Assembly (NCBI GenBank): GCA_964420405.1
Contig: CAYQTL010000004.1
Location: 71,706-135,705, forward strand
Source: an uncultured Thermoanaerobaculia bacterium
Lineage (GTDB): Bacteria > Acidobacteriota > Thermoanaerobaculia > Thermoanaerobaculales > Sulfomarinibacteraceae
Length of the DNA: 64,000 bases
Direction: 5' to 3'
This document shows, one piece after another, positions 9,333 through 17,285 of the stretch. The notes beneath the pieces are model-generated. The model saw only the letters and a program-made list of their open reading frames with translations, did not search any database and was not told the origin of the DNA. Positions within the stretch are counted from its first letter, which is position 1. The number at the start of each line of letters is the position of its first letter. A program made the translations under genes and the position numbers.

Positions 9333-9800
9333 ATGACGCTGATGCACACGCTCGACGAGCTGCAGCGGCTCGAGGTCGCGATGGCCCAGCTGTACCGCTG
9401 GCTGACCGGGCTGTACGCCAGCAGCCACCCGGACGCAGCCGCGTCCTTCTTCCGGCTGTGCATCCAGGAGGAGGGCCACGCCAGCCTGATCCGCTACCAC
9501 CGCCGTCTCGCCCGCTCGGTCACCGGGTCCAGCGAGCGGGCGGGCGTGGTGGCGCCCGAGGTGCGCGAGGCGATCGACCGGATCGACCGATTCCGCCAAG
9601 GGACCGGGGAGCTCCCCCTCGCCGACGCGATCGAGTTCGCCATCGCGATGGAGGACTCCGCCGCCGAGCGCATCCACGGCATCATGGCGGCCGAGGCGGT
9701 CGGCGGCAGCCTGGTCGAGTCCCTCCTCGACGAGGACCGGCGTCACCGTGACATCCTGGTGCGCCTGCAAGAGAGCGTGGCTGCCGAAGCCGTCGCATGA
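9333..9800 (+). CDS. Ferritin-like / rubrerythrin-like four-helix-bundle protein (family call tentative)
   Basis: Last 155 codons of track ORF 6915..9800, starting at ATG 9333 with GGAGGA 6 nt upstream. Helical sequence with paired E..H-type motifs (IQEEGHASLI, AIAMEDSAAERIHG). Confidence 0.6.
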   Translation: MTLMHTLDELQRLEVAMAQLYRWLTGLYASSHPDAAASFFRLCIQEEGHASLIRYHRRLARSVTGSSERAGVVAPEVREAIDRIDRFRQGTGELPLADAIEFAIAMEDSAAERIHGIMAAEAVGGSLVESLLDEDRRHRDILVRLQESVAAEAVA

Positions 9801-10058
9801 AGCGCCGACCGTCCGGCGTCGCGAACCCGATCCCGTCGGAGGCAGCCGCACCAGCCGGCGGACCGTCCCGCTGAGCGACCAGGAGGCGTGCCGCGCACCG
9901 TCCTCTCCGCCCGGCGGCCCCCCGGGGCGCCGCGTACGGCAGCACCCGCGAACCCTCCTGCCGGGGATGGCGCACGGCCCGCCCGTTGGTGGAGCTCTTC
10001 GCGTCTTGTACGTATGCCTGGTTTATGCCATCATGATTCCGGGATGCCACGCGCGAGG

Positions 10059-10094
10059 GCACGACCGAGCGCACGACCGAAAGCACGACCGAGA
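10059..10094 (+). repeat. Three tandem 12-bp direct repeats (gcacgaccgagc gcacgaccgaaa gcacgaccgaga), immediately 5' of an SD and ATG 10104
   Basis: Read directly. It is preceded by an unusually AT-richer stretch (cttgtacgtatgcctggtttatgccatcatgattcc) that could hold a promoter. Confidence 0.6.
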
Positions 10095-10103
10095 GGAGCC
10101 ACC

Positions 10104-10595
10104 ATGGGCCACCAGCATCACACCTCCGGTGCGGCGCACACCCGCCTCGGCCGACCTCCGATCCCGGGGGAACGGGACCTGCTGCTGCGCCTGGATGCCT
10201 GGTGCCGGCAGAACGGGCTGCCGACCACCGGCAACCGGAGCATCGCCGTCGCGGCCCTCCACGATCCGGACCTCGCGCACCCCTGGCGCGACGTCCAGAT
10301 CGCGATCGCACCCGAGGCGCGGGAAGGCCAACCGCTCGGTCCGGACCCCAGGAGGTGGCCGGCAGCCGCCCGGTACCGCTTGGCGGAGCTCGAGCGCGGA
10401 GGCCTCGAGCGTCGATCCGCCCTACGGGCGGTGCGAGCGGAGCGGCAGGGTCCGACGGCGCCGGATCGTCACCGCGCAGCCGCCGGCGGAGCACAGGGCC
10501 CGCCCCTCCGGCAGCGCCGAACCGGTCGCCGCCGCCGCACCACGGCAGCCGCAGACGTGCCGGCCTCCCGCCGGTCCGGGTCCGACGTCGGATGA
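10104..10595 (+). CDS. Hypothetical protein, possibly a small DNA-binding protein (weak call)
   Basis: In frame with track ORF 9888..10595. ATG 10104 is preceded by GAGGAG. Third-position GC is high over about the first 100 codons (MGHQHHTSGAAHTRLGRPPIPGERDLLLRLDAWCRQNGL...). The C-terminal part is Arg-rich and less convincing. Confidence 0.3.
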   Translation: MGHQHHTSGAAHTRLGRPPIPGERDLLLRLDAWCRQNGLPTTGNRSIAVAALHDPDLAHPWRDVQIAIAPEAREGQPLGPDPRRWPAAARYRLAELERGGLERRSALRAVRAERQGPTAPDRHRAAAGGAQGPPLRQRRTGRRRRTTAAADVPASRRSGSDVG

Positions 10596-10653
10596 CCCCC
10601 CCGCGACCGAGGGACCCGTCTTCCGACGCGCGGCGCTGCGAGCAGCGGACCGG

Positions 10654-11295
10654 TCACCCGACCGAGTCCGACCAGTCCGACACGTCGCCGCTCTCGAAGT
10701 CGTCGGCGAAGATCTCCGGCAGCGGGACCGCGTCGACGACGACGAGGTCGAGCCCGAAGCTCTGGCCGTTCACTCCCGCGTAGCGCCACGCGAGCTTCAC
10801 CGACTGGCCGTGGTAGGCGCCGAGGTCCACCGTCACCAGCCGGTACCGGAAGTCGGGCCAGGTCTCGTCCGAGCACATGTCCCAGACGGCTTCGAGGGGG
10901 GTGTCGGCGGCATCGGTCACCACCACCGAGACGGAGGCACCCTCGAACGGACAGAACTGGGTGTCGCTCAGGGCCCAGAAGCTGAGCGTGAGATCCGGCG
11001 TGTCCGGCAGGTCGATGACCGGCGATCGCAGCCACTCGTCCTGGACGAGGGTCCCGTCGAAGTTCACGAACGCGGCGAAGCTCCCGTCCTGCACCACCGA
11101 CGGTGCGGTGACCGCCTGCCAGTTGAACGTCGGGTTGGTGTCGGTGACCGTCCAGCCCGCCGGGGGCACGGCTCCACCCTCGAAGCTCTCGAGAAGGACC
11201 ACCGCCTCGTGGCCGCCGCCGGCCCAGCCGGCGCTCCCCGCCGCTCCCAGGCACACCACCATGACCGCAACCGATCGGAACCACGACCTGCTCAT
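10654..11295 (-). CDS. Secreted protein with a MAM / choice-of-anchor-J-like domain (family call tentative), ending in a FADDFESGDVSDWS tail
   Basis: Track ORF 10654..11331, start moved to ATG 11295 (GGGGAGA upstream; signal peptide MSRSWFRSVAVMVVCLGAAGSAGWA). Domain-start motif ESFEGGAVPPAGWTV. Confidence 0.6.
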   Translation of the reverse strand: MSRSWFRSVAVMVVCLGAAGSAGWAGGGHEAVVLLESFEGGAVPPAGWTVTDTNPTFNWQAVTAPSVVQDGSFAAFVNFDGTLVQDEWLRSPVIDLPDTPDLTLSFWALSDTQFCPFEGASVSVVVTDAADTPLEAVWDMCSDETWPDFRYRLVTVDLGAYHGQSVKLAWRYAGVNGQSFGLDLVVVDAVPLPEIFADDFESGDVSDWSDSVG

Positions 11296-11473
11296 GACGT
11301 CTCCCCGCGCGACCGTCGCCGTGTCGCGCAACCGTTACATGTCGTCGCCGGGACGTCTCCACCGTAGCGCCGGAGCGGACGCAGCGTCAAGCGACGGCAG
11401 TCACAGTGCTCGCGGCCGCGTCGTCCTCGCCGCGCCCCGCCCGTCGCGGACCACGTGCGGCGGGACGGCGGGC

Positions 11474-11659
11474 TCAGGGGGCCGGACGCGCCATCAGCAC
11501 CCGCGTCCGCGGACGGCTGTCGGTGATCTCCCACCGGCAGCCCCGGTAGTCGAACACCGTTCCGGGCCCCGCGGCCGGGGGAAGCTCGACCACCGCGACG
11601 CCGGCATATGGGTCACCCGCCAGTATCACCACCCGGAGCTCGAATGCACCCGACCTCAT
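11474..11659 (-). CDS. Small conserved hypothetical protein (61 aa), paralogue of 34723..34935
   Basis: Track ORF 11474..11674. The internal ATG 11659 has GGAGGAG 6 nt upstream. It aligns by eye with the 34723 protein: RVVI..(x)..V.V.ELP.....G.VF...G..W.IT..R...RVL.A.P. Confidence 0.5.
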   Translation of the reverse strand: MRSGAFELRVVILAGDPYAGVAVVELPPAAGPGTVFDYRGCRWEITDSRPRTRVLMARPAP

Positions 11660-11821
11660 GGGTCGCTCCTCCATGCGTTCCTACCTCGACTCATACGACG
11701 CAGGTGGCGCCCGTTTCGTTCACCGTCGGGCGCACGGGGCGGGCAGGGATCCGGACGGCTTCCCCGAGGATCCGCGCGTCTTCGTTGCCGCGACCCTCCG
11801 CGGGCCCCGAGACAACGAGGC

Positions 11822-12796
11822 TCAGGTGCCGAGCTCCACGAGGTCACGGTCGCGCAGCTCGAAGTCCTTCGCCACGCGCTGGCCCTGGATCTGGCCGCCC
11901 CAGACCTTGGCGTAGGCGAGCTTCGCCGGAAGGTCGCGGTGGATCCGACGGGCGAGGTCGAGGACGGTCGACCCCGCGGGCACCACGAACGGCTCGGAGC
12001 GCTCGGCCTTGGCGCCCGGGGGCTTCGTGTAGACACGCACCATGTCGAGCAGCCGCCAGATCCCGATCTTGAGCTGCTGGAAGCCGACCCGCGAGACCGC
12101 GCTGAACCGCAGGATCGGAAAGCGTTCGCCGTACAGCTCCTCGAGCACCGCCAGATCGTCCTCGGCCACCCTGTCGACCTTCGTCAGCACCATCAGCGTG
12201 GGCAGCGGCATCTCCAGCTCGTCGGCCTCGTCGGGGAGCTCGCCGACCAGCGGCAGGTGCACCTCGGCGAGCCTTTCACAGATCTCCTCGATTCCGGCGA
12301 GCACCCCCGGGGTCGACGGGTCCGCCACCAGCAGCGCGGCGTCGGCGGTCTGGACCACGTTCGGGATCCAGCTGTCCATGTGCTCGGCCGTGACCGGCGG
12401 AAGGTCCACGAGCTGTACCTGCACGTCCTCGAACCGCATCATGCCGGGCTGCGGCCGGGTGGTCGAGAACGGGTAGTCCGCGATGCTCGGCTCGGCGGAG
12501 GTGACGGCCGCCAGGATCGACGACTTGCCGGCGTTCGGCGGACCGAGCAGCACCACCTGTCCGGCGCCCTCCGGGTCGACGTGGACGTGATGGGCCTTCG
12601 GCGTCGCCCGGCGCTCCGCCTCCTGCCGGAGTCTGGCCAGGCGGCGTTTGATGTCCGCCTGCATCTTCTCGGTACCCTTGTGCTTGGGGATCGCCGCCAG
12701 CATCTCGCGGAGGGCCTCGCGGGTCTCCTCCGCGTTCCTCGCCTCCCGGAGCTTGGCTTCGGCGGCGCGGTACGGGGCCGTCAGGTTGGCCGGCAC
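11822..12796 (-). CDS. DRG/Rbg-type Obg-family GTPase with C-terminal TGS domain
   Basis: 324 aa. G1 motif GPPNAGKSS, G3 motif DLPP, G4 motif LTKVD. The N-terminal helical region KHKGTEKMQADIKRRLARLRQE resembles the DRG family. TGS-like C-terminus (VYTKPPG...VPAGSTVLDLARRIHRDL). Confidence 0.85.
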   Translation of the reverse strand: MPANLTAPYRAAEAKLREARNAEETREALREMLAAIPKHKGTEKMQADIKRRLARLRQEAERRATPKAHHVHVDPEGAGQVVLLGPPNAGKSSILAAVTSAEPSIADYPFSTTRPQPGMMRFEDVQVQLVDLPPVTAEHMDSWIPNVVQTADAALLVADPSTPGVLAGIEEICERLAEVHLPLVGELPDEADELEMPLPTLMVLTKVDRVAEDDLAVLEELYGERFPILRFSAVSRVGFQQLKIGIWRLLDMVRVYTKPPGAKAERSEPFVVPAGSTVLDLARRIHRDLPAKLAYAKVWGGQIQGQRVAKDFELRDRDLVELGT

Positions 12797-13068
12797 CGTC
12801 CGATTGTACCGCCGGCGCCGGGTTCGTGCCCCGTGACATCTCCACCGAGGCGTCGGCCATCCCGCTGCCGACGACGGGGCCGGAGGCGCACATGCCCTGC
12901 GGTTCCCACACGGCGCACCCGGTCACGGACGCCACCTCCGCTGCCTGCTGTCGCCACCACTCGTCCCGAAGCCGACGCTGGCCTCGGCCCCGCAGCGGAC
13001 ACGGAGCCCCGCAGACGACCCGCCTGACGGCGGGCCCGGGCCGTGCCCGCGCGAGGCTCCTCGCCGGG

Positions 13069-13698
13069 TCAGGGAACCGGCGGCACGGTGACCGGGATCA
13101 GGACCTCGTTGCGGCGCATGAACCACGGCGTGTACGGCGGGTCGTAGCGCGCCACCACCGGCGGACCTGCGGCCTCGAGGCCCCGCTCCGACATCCACCC
13201 GCGAAGCTCGTCAGCGGCGGCGTCGAACCGTGCCTCCCGCCACGTTCCCGAGAACCGGATCGCCGCCACGGTACGCTCCGGGACGCTCCGCAGCTCCACC
13301 GTCGGATCGGTCGGCGCCGGGGCCGACCCGGAATCGAAGCGCGCAGGCAACAGGAACGCCACCGTCCATCCGTCGGCGTCGCCGGCCTGCGTCACCGGCG
13401 CGGTCATGTCGATCCGCGTACCCGCCGGCCGCTGCGCGACCGGAGAGGTCATCTCGATCGTCACCCCCGGCCGGTTGGCGCCCGAGATGTAGCGGAACAG
13501 CCGCCCGAAGGCGACGTCGCCCGCGCGACCGAACGATCCCGTCACCCGGGTCTCCACCAGCACCTGCGGGTCGTACCGTCGCAGCTCCATCGGGCCTTCG
13601 CCGTCGAGAACCTCGTACGCCGCCTCCTCGACGGCGGCAGCGCTCCTCGGCACGACGAGCAGGGCCAGGCAGAGGACCGGGACGACGGTCATCTTCAT
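13069..13698 (-). CDS. SOUL heme-binding family protein, secreted
   Basis: Last 209 codons of track ORF 13069..14766, starting at ATG 13698 (MKMTVVPVLCLALLVVPRSAAA). Typical SOUL start EEAAYEVLDGEGPMELRRY. Confidence 0.8.
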   Translation of the reverse strand: MKMTVVPVLCLALLVVPRSAAAVEEAAYEVLDGEGPMELRRYDPQVLVETRVTGSFGRAGDVAFGRLFRYISGANRPGVTIEMTSPVAQRPAGTRIDMTAPVTQAGDADGWTVAFLLPARFDSGSAPAPTDPTVELRSVPERTVAAIRFSGTWREARFDAAADELRGWMSERGLEAAGPPVVARYDPPYTPWFMRRNEVLIPVTVPPVP

Positions 13699-13733
13699 CG
13701 TGAGTCTCCCCGAAATGCGCAACCCGGATGGCG

Positions 13734-14840
13734 TCACCCGCCCTTCCCGGCCGCGCCGGAGTACACCCGCGCGAGACGTGGGGCGAGCCGGCCGCAGGTG
13801 AAGCGGTCGCGGACGAACCGGCGGCCCGACTCGCCCAGAGCCCGGGCGGCGCCGGCGTCGGCAGCGAGGCGCGACACGGCTTCCGCCATCGCCGCCACAT
13901 CGCCGGCTGCCACCCGCACGCACCCGGCACCGGACCACTCGCGGGTGCCGCCCACGTCGGCCACCACCACCGGGGTGCCCTCCGCCAGGGCCTCCACTCC
14001 CAGGATGCCGAACGGCTCCTGCCACACGGCCGGGAACAGCAGCATCCGCGACCCGCGCAGCAGGCGGCGGAGCCCCTCGCCGTCGAGCCAGCCGAGCACT
14101 TCGGCGCCGGCGAGCCCATCGGCCGCAGGACCCTCCCCCGCAACCCGCAGCGGCATCGGCCGGCCCGCTTCCCGCCACGCGCGCCAGCCGTCGGCGATCC
14201 CCTTGTGGGACACGAGCCGGCCGCCCATCGCGACCCCCTCGCCGGAGCTCGTCCGTGGCGGCCCGGCCGCGGTCCAGGGCGGGATGACCTCGGCGCCCTC
14301 CAGCCCGACGGCCGCGAGCTCGTCCGCCATGAACCGCGACAGCACCACCAGCCGCGCTCCGCGGAGAGCGTCCCTGCGCGATCGCGTCAGCGCCAGCGTC
14401 CGCTCGAGGTAGTCCCCGTCGGGAAGGCACCGGCGGCACGGCTCCTCGGCCATCGGCACGGCGCACCGGCGTCCGTCCGGAAGGGTCTTGCCGACCGCGG
14501 GGCACAGCACCCGATGGTCCTGGACGGTGGCGACCGCCCGGCCCGTCGCCACCGCGCGCCGGATCGCAACCGGGTTCATGACGTTCTGAATGTGGACCAG
14601 GTCCGCCGAGGTCACGAGCCCGTCCAGGCCCGCCAGGCGGGCAGAGCTCGCGACCTTGGACCCGAGCCCCCGCATCGTGTGCACCGTCACTCCGCGGGGC
14701 GGTCCGACGCCGTTCTCCGCCCGTCCACAGGCCACCGCCACCTCGTGACCCTCCGCCACCGCCCACGCCATCACCTGGCGCAGGTGCAGGTCGGCGCCGC
14801 CCCGGCGGGAGAGGCGGTCGGTGAGGTACAGCAGCCGCAC
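13734..14840 (-). CDS. Glycosyltransferase family 4 (GT-B fold)
   Basis: 368 aa. N-terminus MRLLYLTDRLSRRGGADLHL. C-terminal EPFGILGVEALAEGTPVV (E-x7-E-type motif region). Confidence 0.8.
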   Translation of the reverse strand: MRLLYLTDRLSRRGGADLHLRQVMAWAVAEGHEVAVACGRAENGVGPPRGVTVHTMRGLGSKVASSARLAGLDGLVTSADLVHIQNVMNPVAIRRAVATGRAVATVQDHRVLCPAVGKTLPDGRRCAVPMAEEPCRRCLPDGDYLERTLALTRSRRDALRGARLVVLSRFMADELAAVGLEGAEVIPPWTAAGPPRTSSGEGVAMGGRLVSHKGIADGWRAWREAGRPMPLRVAGEGPAADGLAGAEVLGWLDGEGLRRLLRGSRMLLFPAVWQEPFGILGVEALAEGTPVVVADVGGTREWSGAGCVRVAAGDVAAMAEAVSRLAADAGAARALGESGRRFVRDRFTCGRLAPRLARVYSGAAGKGG

Positions 14841-14862
14841 GGAAACCCGTCTCCGACGGCCG

Positions 14863-15276
14863 TCAGCCGTAGCGCTGGAGAGTCCGCCCCGTCGGCACGT
14901 ACACGGCCGCCGGCTCGGACCCTCCCGTCGTCCTCACCTCGACCGTCGCGCGCTGGTACAGCCCTTCGGCGACACCCTCGTAGGCGTCCGTCCGTCGCCA
15001 GTCGTCGGCGTCGAGACCGCGGTACAGACGCCCCTCGACCACCGATCCCGCCTGCCGCACCAGCACCGGCCACGCGAGCCGATCGAGGGTCGCCACCGCC
15101 CACCCCCGCAGTGACGCCGGCTCGGACGCCACCGGGTGCTCGAGCAGCCGCTCGAGGAACGCGGTGTCGAGCAGCGAGCCGTAGGTGAACAGCGGCAGCG
15201 GAGATCCCCCGCCGGGGTCCACCCCCGGCGACGCCGGCAACAGCCCCCGCGCCTCGTCGTCCGCCATCGGACCCAT
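14863..15276 (-). CDS. Gamma-glutamylcyclotransferase / AIG2-like family protein
   Basis: Track ORF 14863..15405, trimmed to ATG 15276. Contains the LFTYGSLLD motif and GRLY...D..E segment. An alternative ATG is at 15267. Confidence 0.7.
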   Translation of the reverse strand: MGPMADDEARGLLPASPGVDPGGGSPLPLFTYGSLLDTAFLERLLEHPVASEPASLRGWAVATLDRLAWPVLVRQAGSVVEGRLYRGLDADDWRRTDAYEGVAEGLYQRATVEVRTTGGSEPAAVYVPTGRTLQRYG

Positions 15277-15361
15277 CCTACCCGCTCCGCCGCGACGGAG
15301 CCGCCCCGACGACGCCAGCTCCCGGCTGGCACCGGCAGCCGGCTTCGAGCTCGCGGGCATT

Positions 15362-15480
15362 GCAGGCCGTCGCGGGCTTCCGTAGCGCCACCTTCCAGGT
15401 GGCATGCCTCGCAGGCCGCCGCAAGCTCTCGTAGCGCCACCTTCCAGGTGGCATGCCTCGCAGGCCGTCGCGGGCTCCCG
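15362..15480. repeat. 49-bp tandem repeat, about 2.4 copies. Each full unit contains the perfect hairpin gccacct-tcc-aggtggc followed by the palindrome ggcatgcc.
   Basis: Units at 15362-15410, 15411-15459 and 15460-15480, read directly. The 29-nt core gtagcgccaccttccaggtggcatgcctc is identical in both full units. The 12-mer ccggctggcacc flanks the array at 15322-15333 and 15514-15525. Confidence 0.8.
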
Positions 15481-15797
15481 CCTGTCGATGCACCGGGCTC
15501 GGGCGTCTGCGTGCCGGCTGGCACCCCACCGGAGGGAGCGGTTGCGGTTGAGGCCACTGGGGGTCGAAGAGGGTGGGTGGGGTGGCCATCAACCGCCCGC
15601 TCATCCCGGGGGGTCGCCGGGCGCGACGCGCACGAGCAGGCCGGCGCGCTCCAGGCAGCCGGGGCTGCGGGCTGCCGTCAGCGCCCCGCTCCGCGCCGCG
15701 CGCTGCAGTGGTAGACTCCCCGTGCAGACGTGACACAGATCAGGACCTGCGCCCCGTCCACCGTCCGTCCCGGGACCGCCGCGGCGGAGCCCTCGCG

Positions 15798-17285
15798 ATG
15801 AAGCTGCTGCCCCGGGTCGTCCTCGTCGACGACGATCCGCGGCGGTCCGAGGTGGTGTCGCTCGTGATCCGCGGAGCGTTCGGCGACGCGCCCCTGACCG
15901 TCGCCAGCGACGGCGTCGCCCTCGCCCGCCGCCTCCACGAGGCCGCGATCGGTCTCGTCCTGCTCCGCGCCGGCCTGGCCTGGGCGCCGGTGGACGAGGC
16001 TGCCGCGCTCCTGCGCGAAGCGCACCCCGACGCGGCCCTCGTCGTGCTGCTCGACCGGCTCGGTGAGGATCAGGTGGACGCGGCCCTCCGCGCCGGCGCC
16101 GACGGCGTGGTGTCCACCGACGGCGGCGGCCTCGCCCGGCTCCCGGAGGCGCTCCACACCGCCGTCTTCCGGGCCCGCCGACGGCGCCTCGCGGCCGGTC
16201 GTGACCACCCGTACCGCAGCCTGTTCCGATCCATGTCGCACGGCGCGTTCCTGGCGGACCGAGACGGCATCGTCCTCGAAGCGAACCGGGCGGCGGCCAC
16301 TCTGCTCGGCGTCGACGGGCCCGAGCGCCTCGCCCGGCACGCGATCGGCGACCTGCTCGACGACCCCGCCTGCCGGACGGCGTGGCGCGACGGTCTGGCC
16401 GGACCGGCGGGAGCGGTCGAGCTCGAGGTCGCGATGCGGGCGCCCGGAGGCCCGCCGGTGCGCGTCCGCCTGCACGCCTGGCGCGTACCGGCCGCGGCCG
16501 ACGGCGAGGACGCCGTCCACGGGACCCTCGAGGCCGCCGGACCGTCCGGATCGGAGCCGGTTGCCGGCCGGGACGACGGCCGCTCGTCAGCGGAGATCGA
16601 GCAGCTCGCCTCGGCCATCTCCCACGACCTGCGGCAGTCGCTGCGGGTCGTCGACCGGTCCCTGGAGCTGCTCACCGGGTCGGCCGGCGACCGTCTCGGG
16701 CAGGACGAGGTCCGGCACGTGGAGCGCGCGCGCTCCGCCGCCACCGACCTCGACCGGCTGCTGGAGGGGATCCTGCGGTGGGCGAGGCTGCCGTCGCCCG
16801 GCGAGGGTCTCGGTCCGGTGGCGCTCGACCGCGTCCTCGACCGGGTGCTCGAGAGGCTCGAGGCGGAGCGCCGGGAGCGCGCCGCCACCATCGCCCGCGA
16901 GCCGCTGCCGACCGTCGCCGCCGACGAGAGCCAGATGGAGCTGCTGCTGCAGAACCTGCTCGACAACGCGCTCAAGTTCGGGGGTGACGAGCCGCCCAGG
17001 ATCCACGTCTCGGCGCGCCGGGAGGACGGCGGCTGGAGGGTCTCGGTGGCGGACTCCGGCGTCGGTATCGAGCCCGCCGCCGCCGAGCGCGTGTTCGGGC
17101 TGTTCCAGCGCCAGGAGGGCTCACAGGAGACGCCGGGTCACGGCATCGGGCTCGCCGTCTGCCGCCGGATCGTCTCCGGACACGGCGGCCGGATCTGGGT
17201 CGAGTCGCGGCCCGGCGCCGGCGCGATCTTCCACTTCACGCTGCCCGACCGCGACGCGCCCGGCGCGGACGGAGGAGAGCCATGA
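15798..17285 (+). CDS. Sensor histidine kinase: degenerate N-terminal receiver, PAS, HisKA, HATPase_c
   Basis: Track ORF 15573..17285, trimmed to ATG 15798 (MKLLPRVVLVDDD). H-box ISHDLRQSL. N box LLQNLLDNALKF. G boxes DSGVGI and GHGIGLAVC. The receiver acceptor position reads LVLLRAGL. Confidence 0.85.
   Translation: MKLLPRVVLVDDDPRRSEVVSLVIRGAFGDAPLTVASDGVALARRLHEAAIGLVLLRAGLAWAPVDEAAALLREAHPDAALVVLLDRLGEDQVDAALRAGADGVVSTDGGGLARLPEALHTAVFRARRRRLAAGRDHPYRSLFRSMSHGAFLADRDGIVLEANRAAATLLGVDGPERLARHAIGDLLDDPACRTAWRDGLAGPAGAVELEVAMRAPGGPPVRVRLHAWRVPAAADGEDAVHGTLEAAGPSGSEPVAGRDDGRSSAEIEQLASAISHDLRQSLRVVDRSLELLTGSAGDRLGQDEVRHVERARSAATDLDRLLEGILRWARLPSPGEGLGPVALDRVLDRVLERLEAERRERAATIAREPLPTVAADESQMELLLQNLLDNALKFGGDEPPRIHVSARREDGGWRVSVADSGVGIEPAAAERVFGLFQRQEGSQETPGHGIGLAVCRRIVSGHGGRIWVESRPGAGAIFHFTLPDRDAPGADGGEP

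Noticed and set aside
13018-13033. Hairpin cccgcc-tgac-ggcggg downstream of the SOUL gene, considered as an intrinsic terminator
   Set aside because: It has only a 6-bp stem and no U-tract. Such short GC hairpins are expected by chance in this composition.
12826-15188. Plus-strand ORFs 12826..14412 and 13728..15188
   Set aside because: They are antisense to the SOUL, GT4 and GGCT-like genes, which have recognisable motifs and signal peptides.
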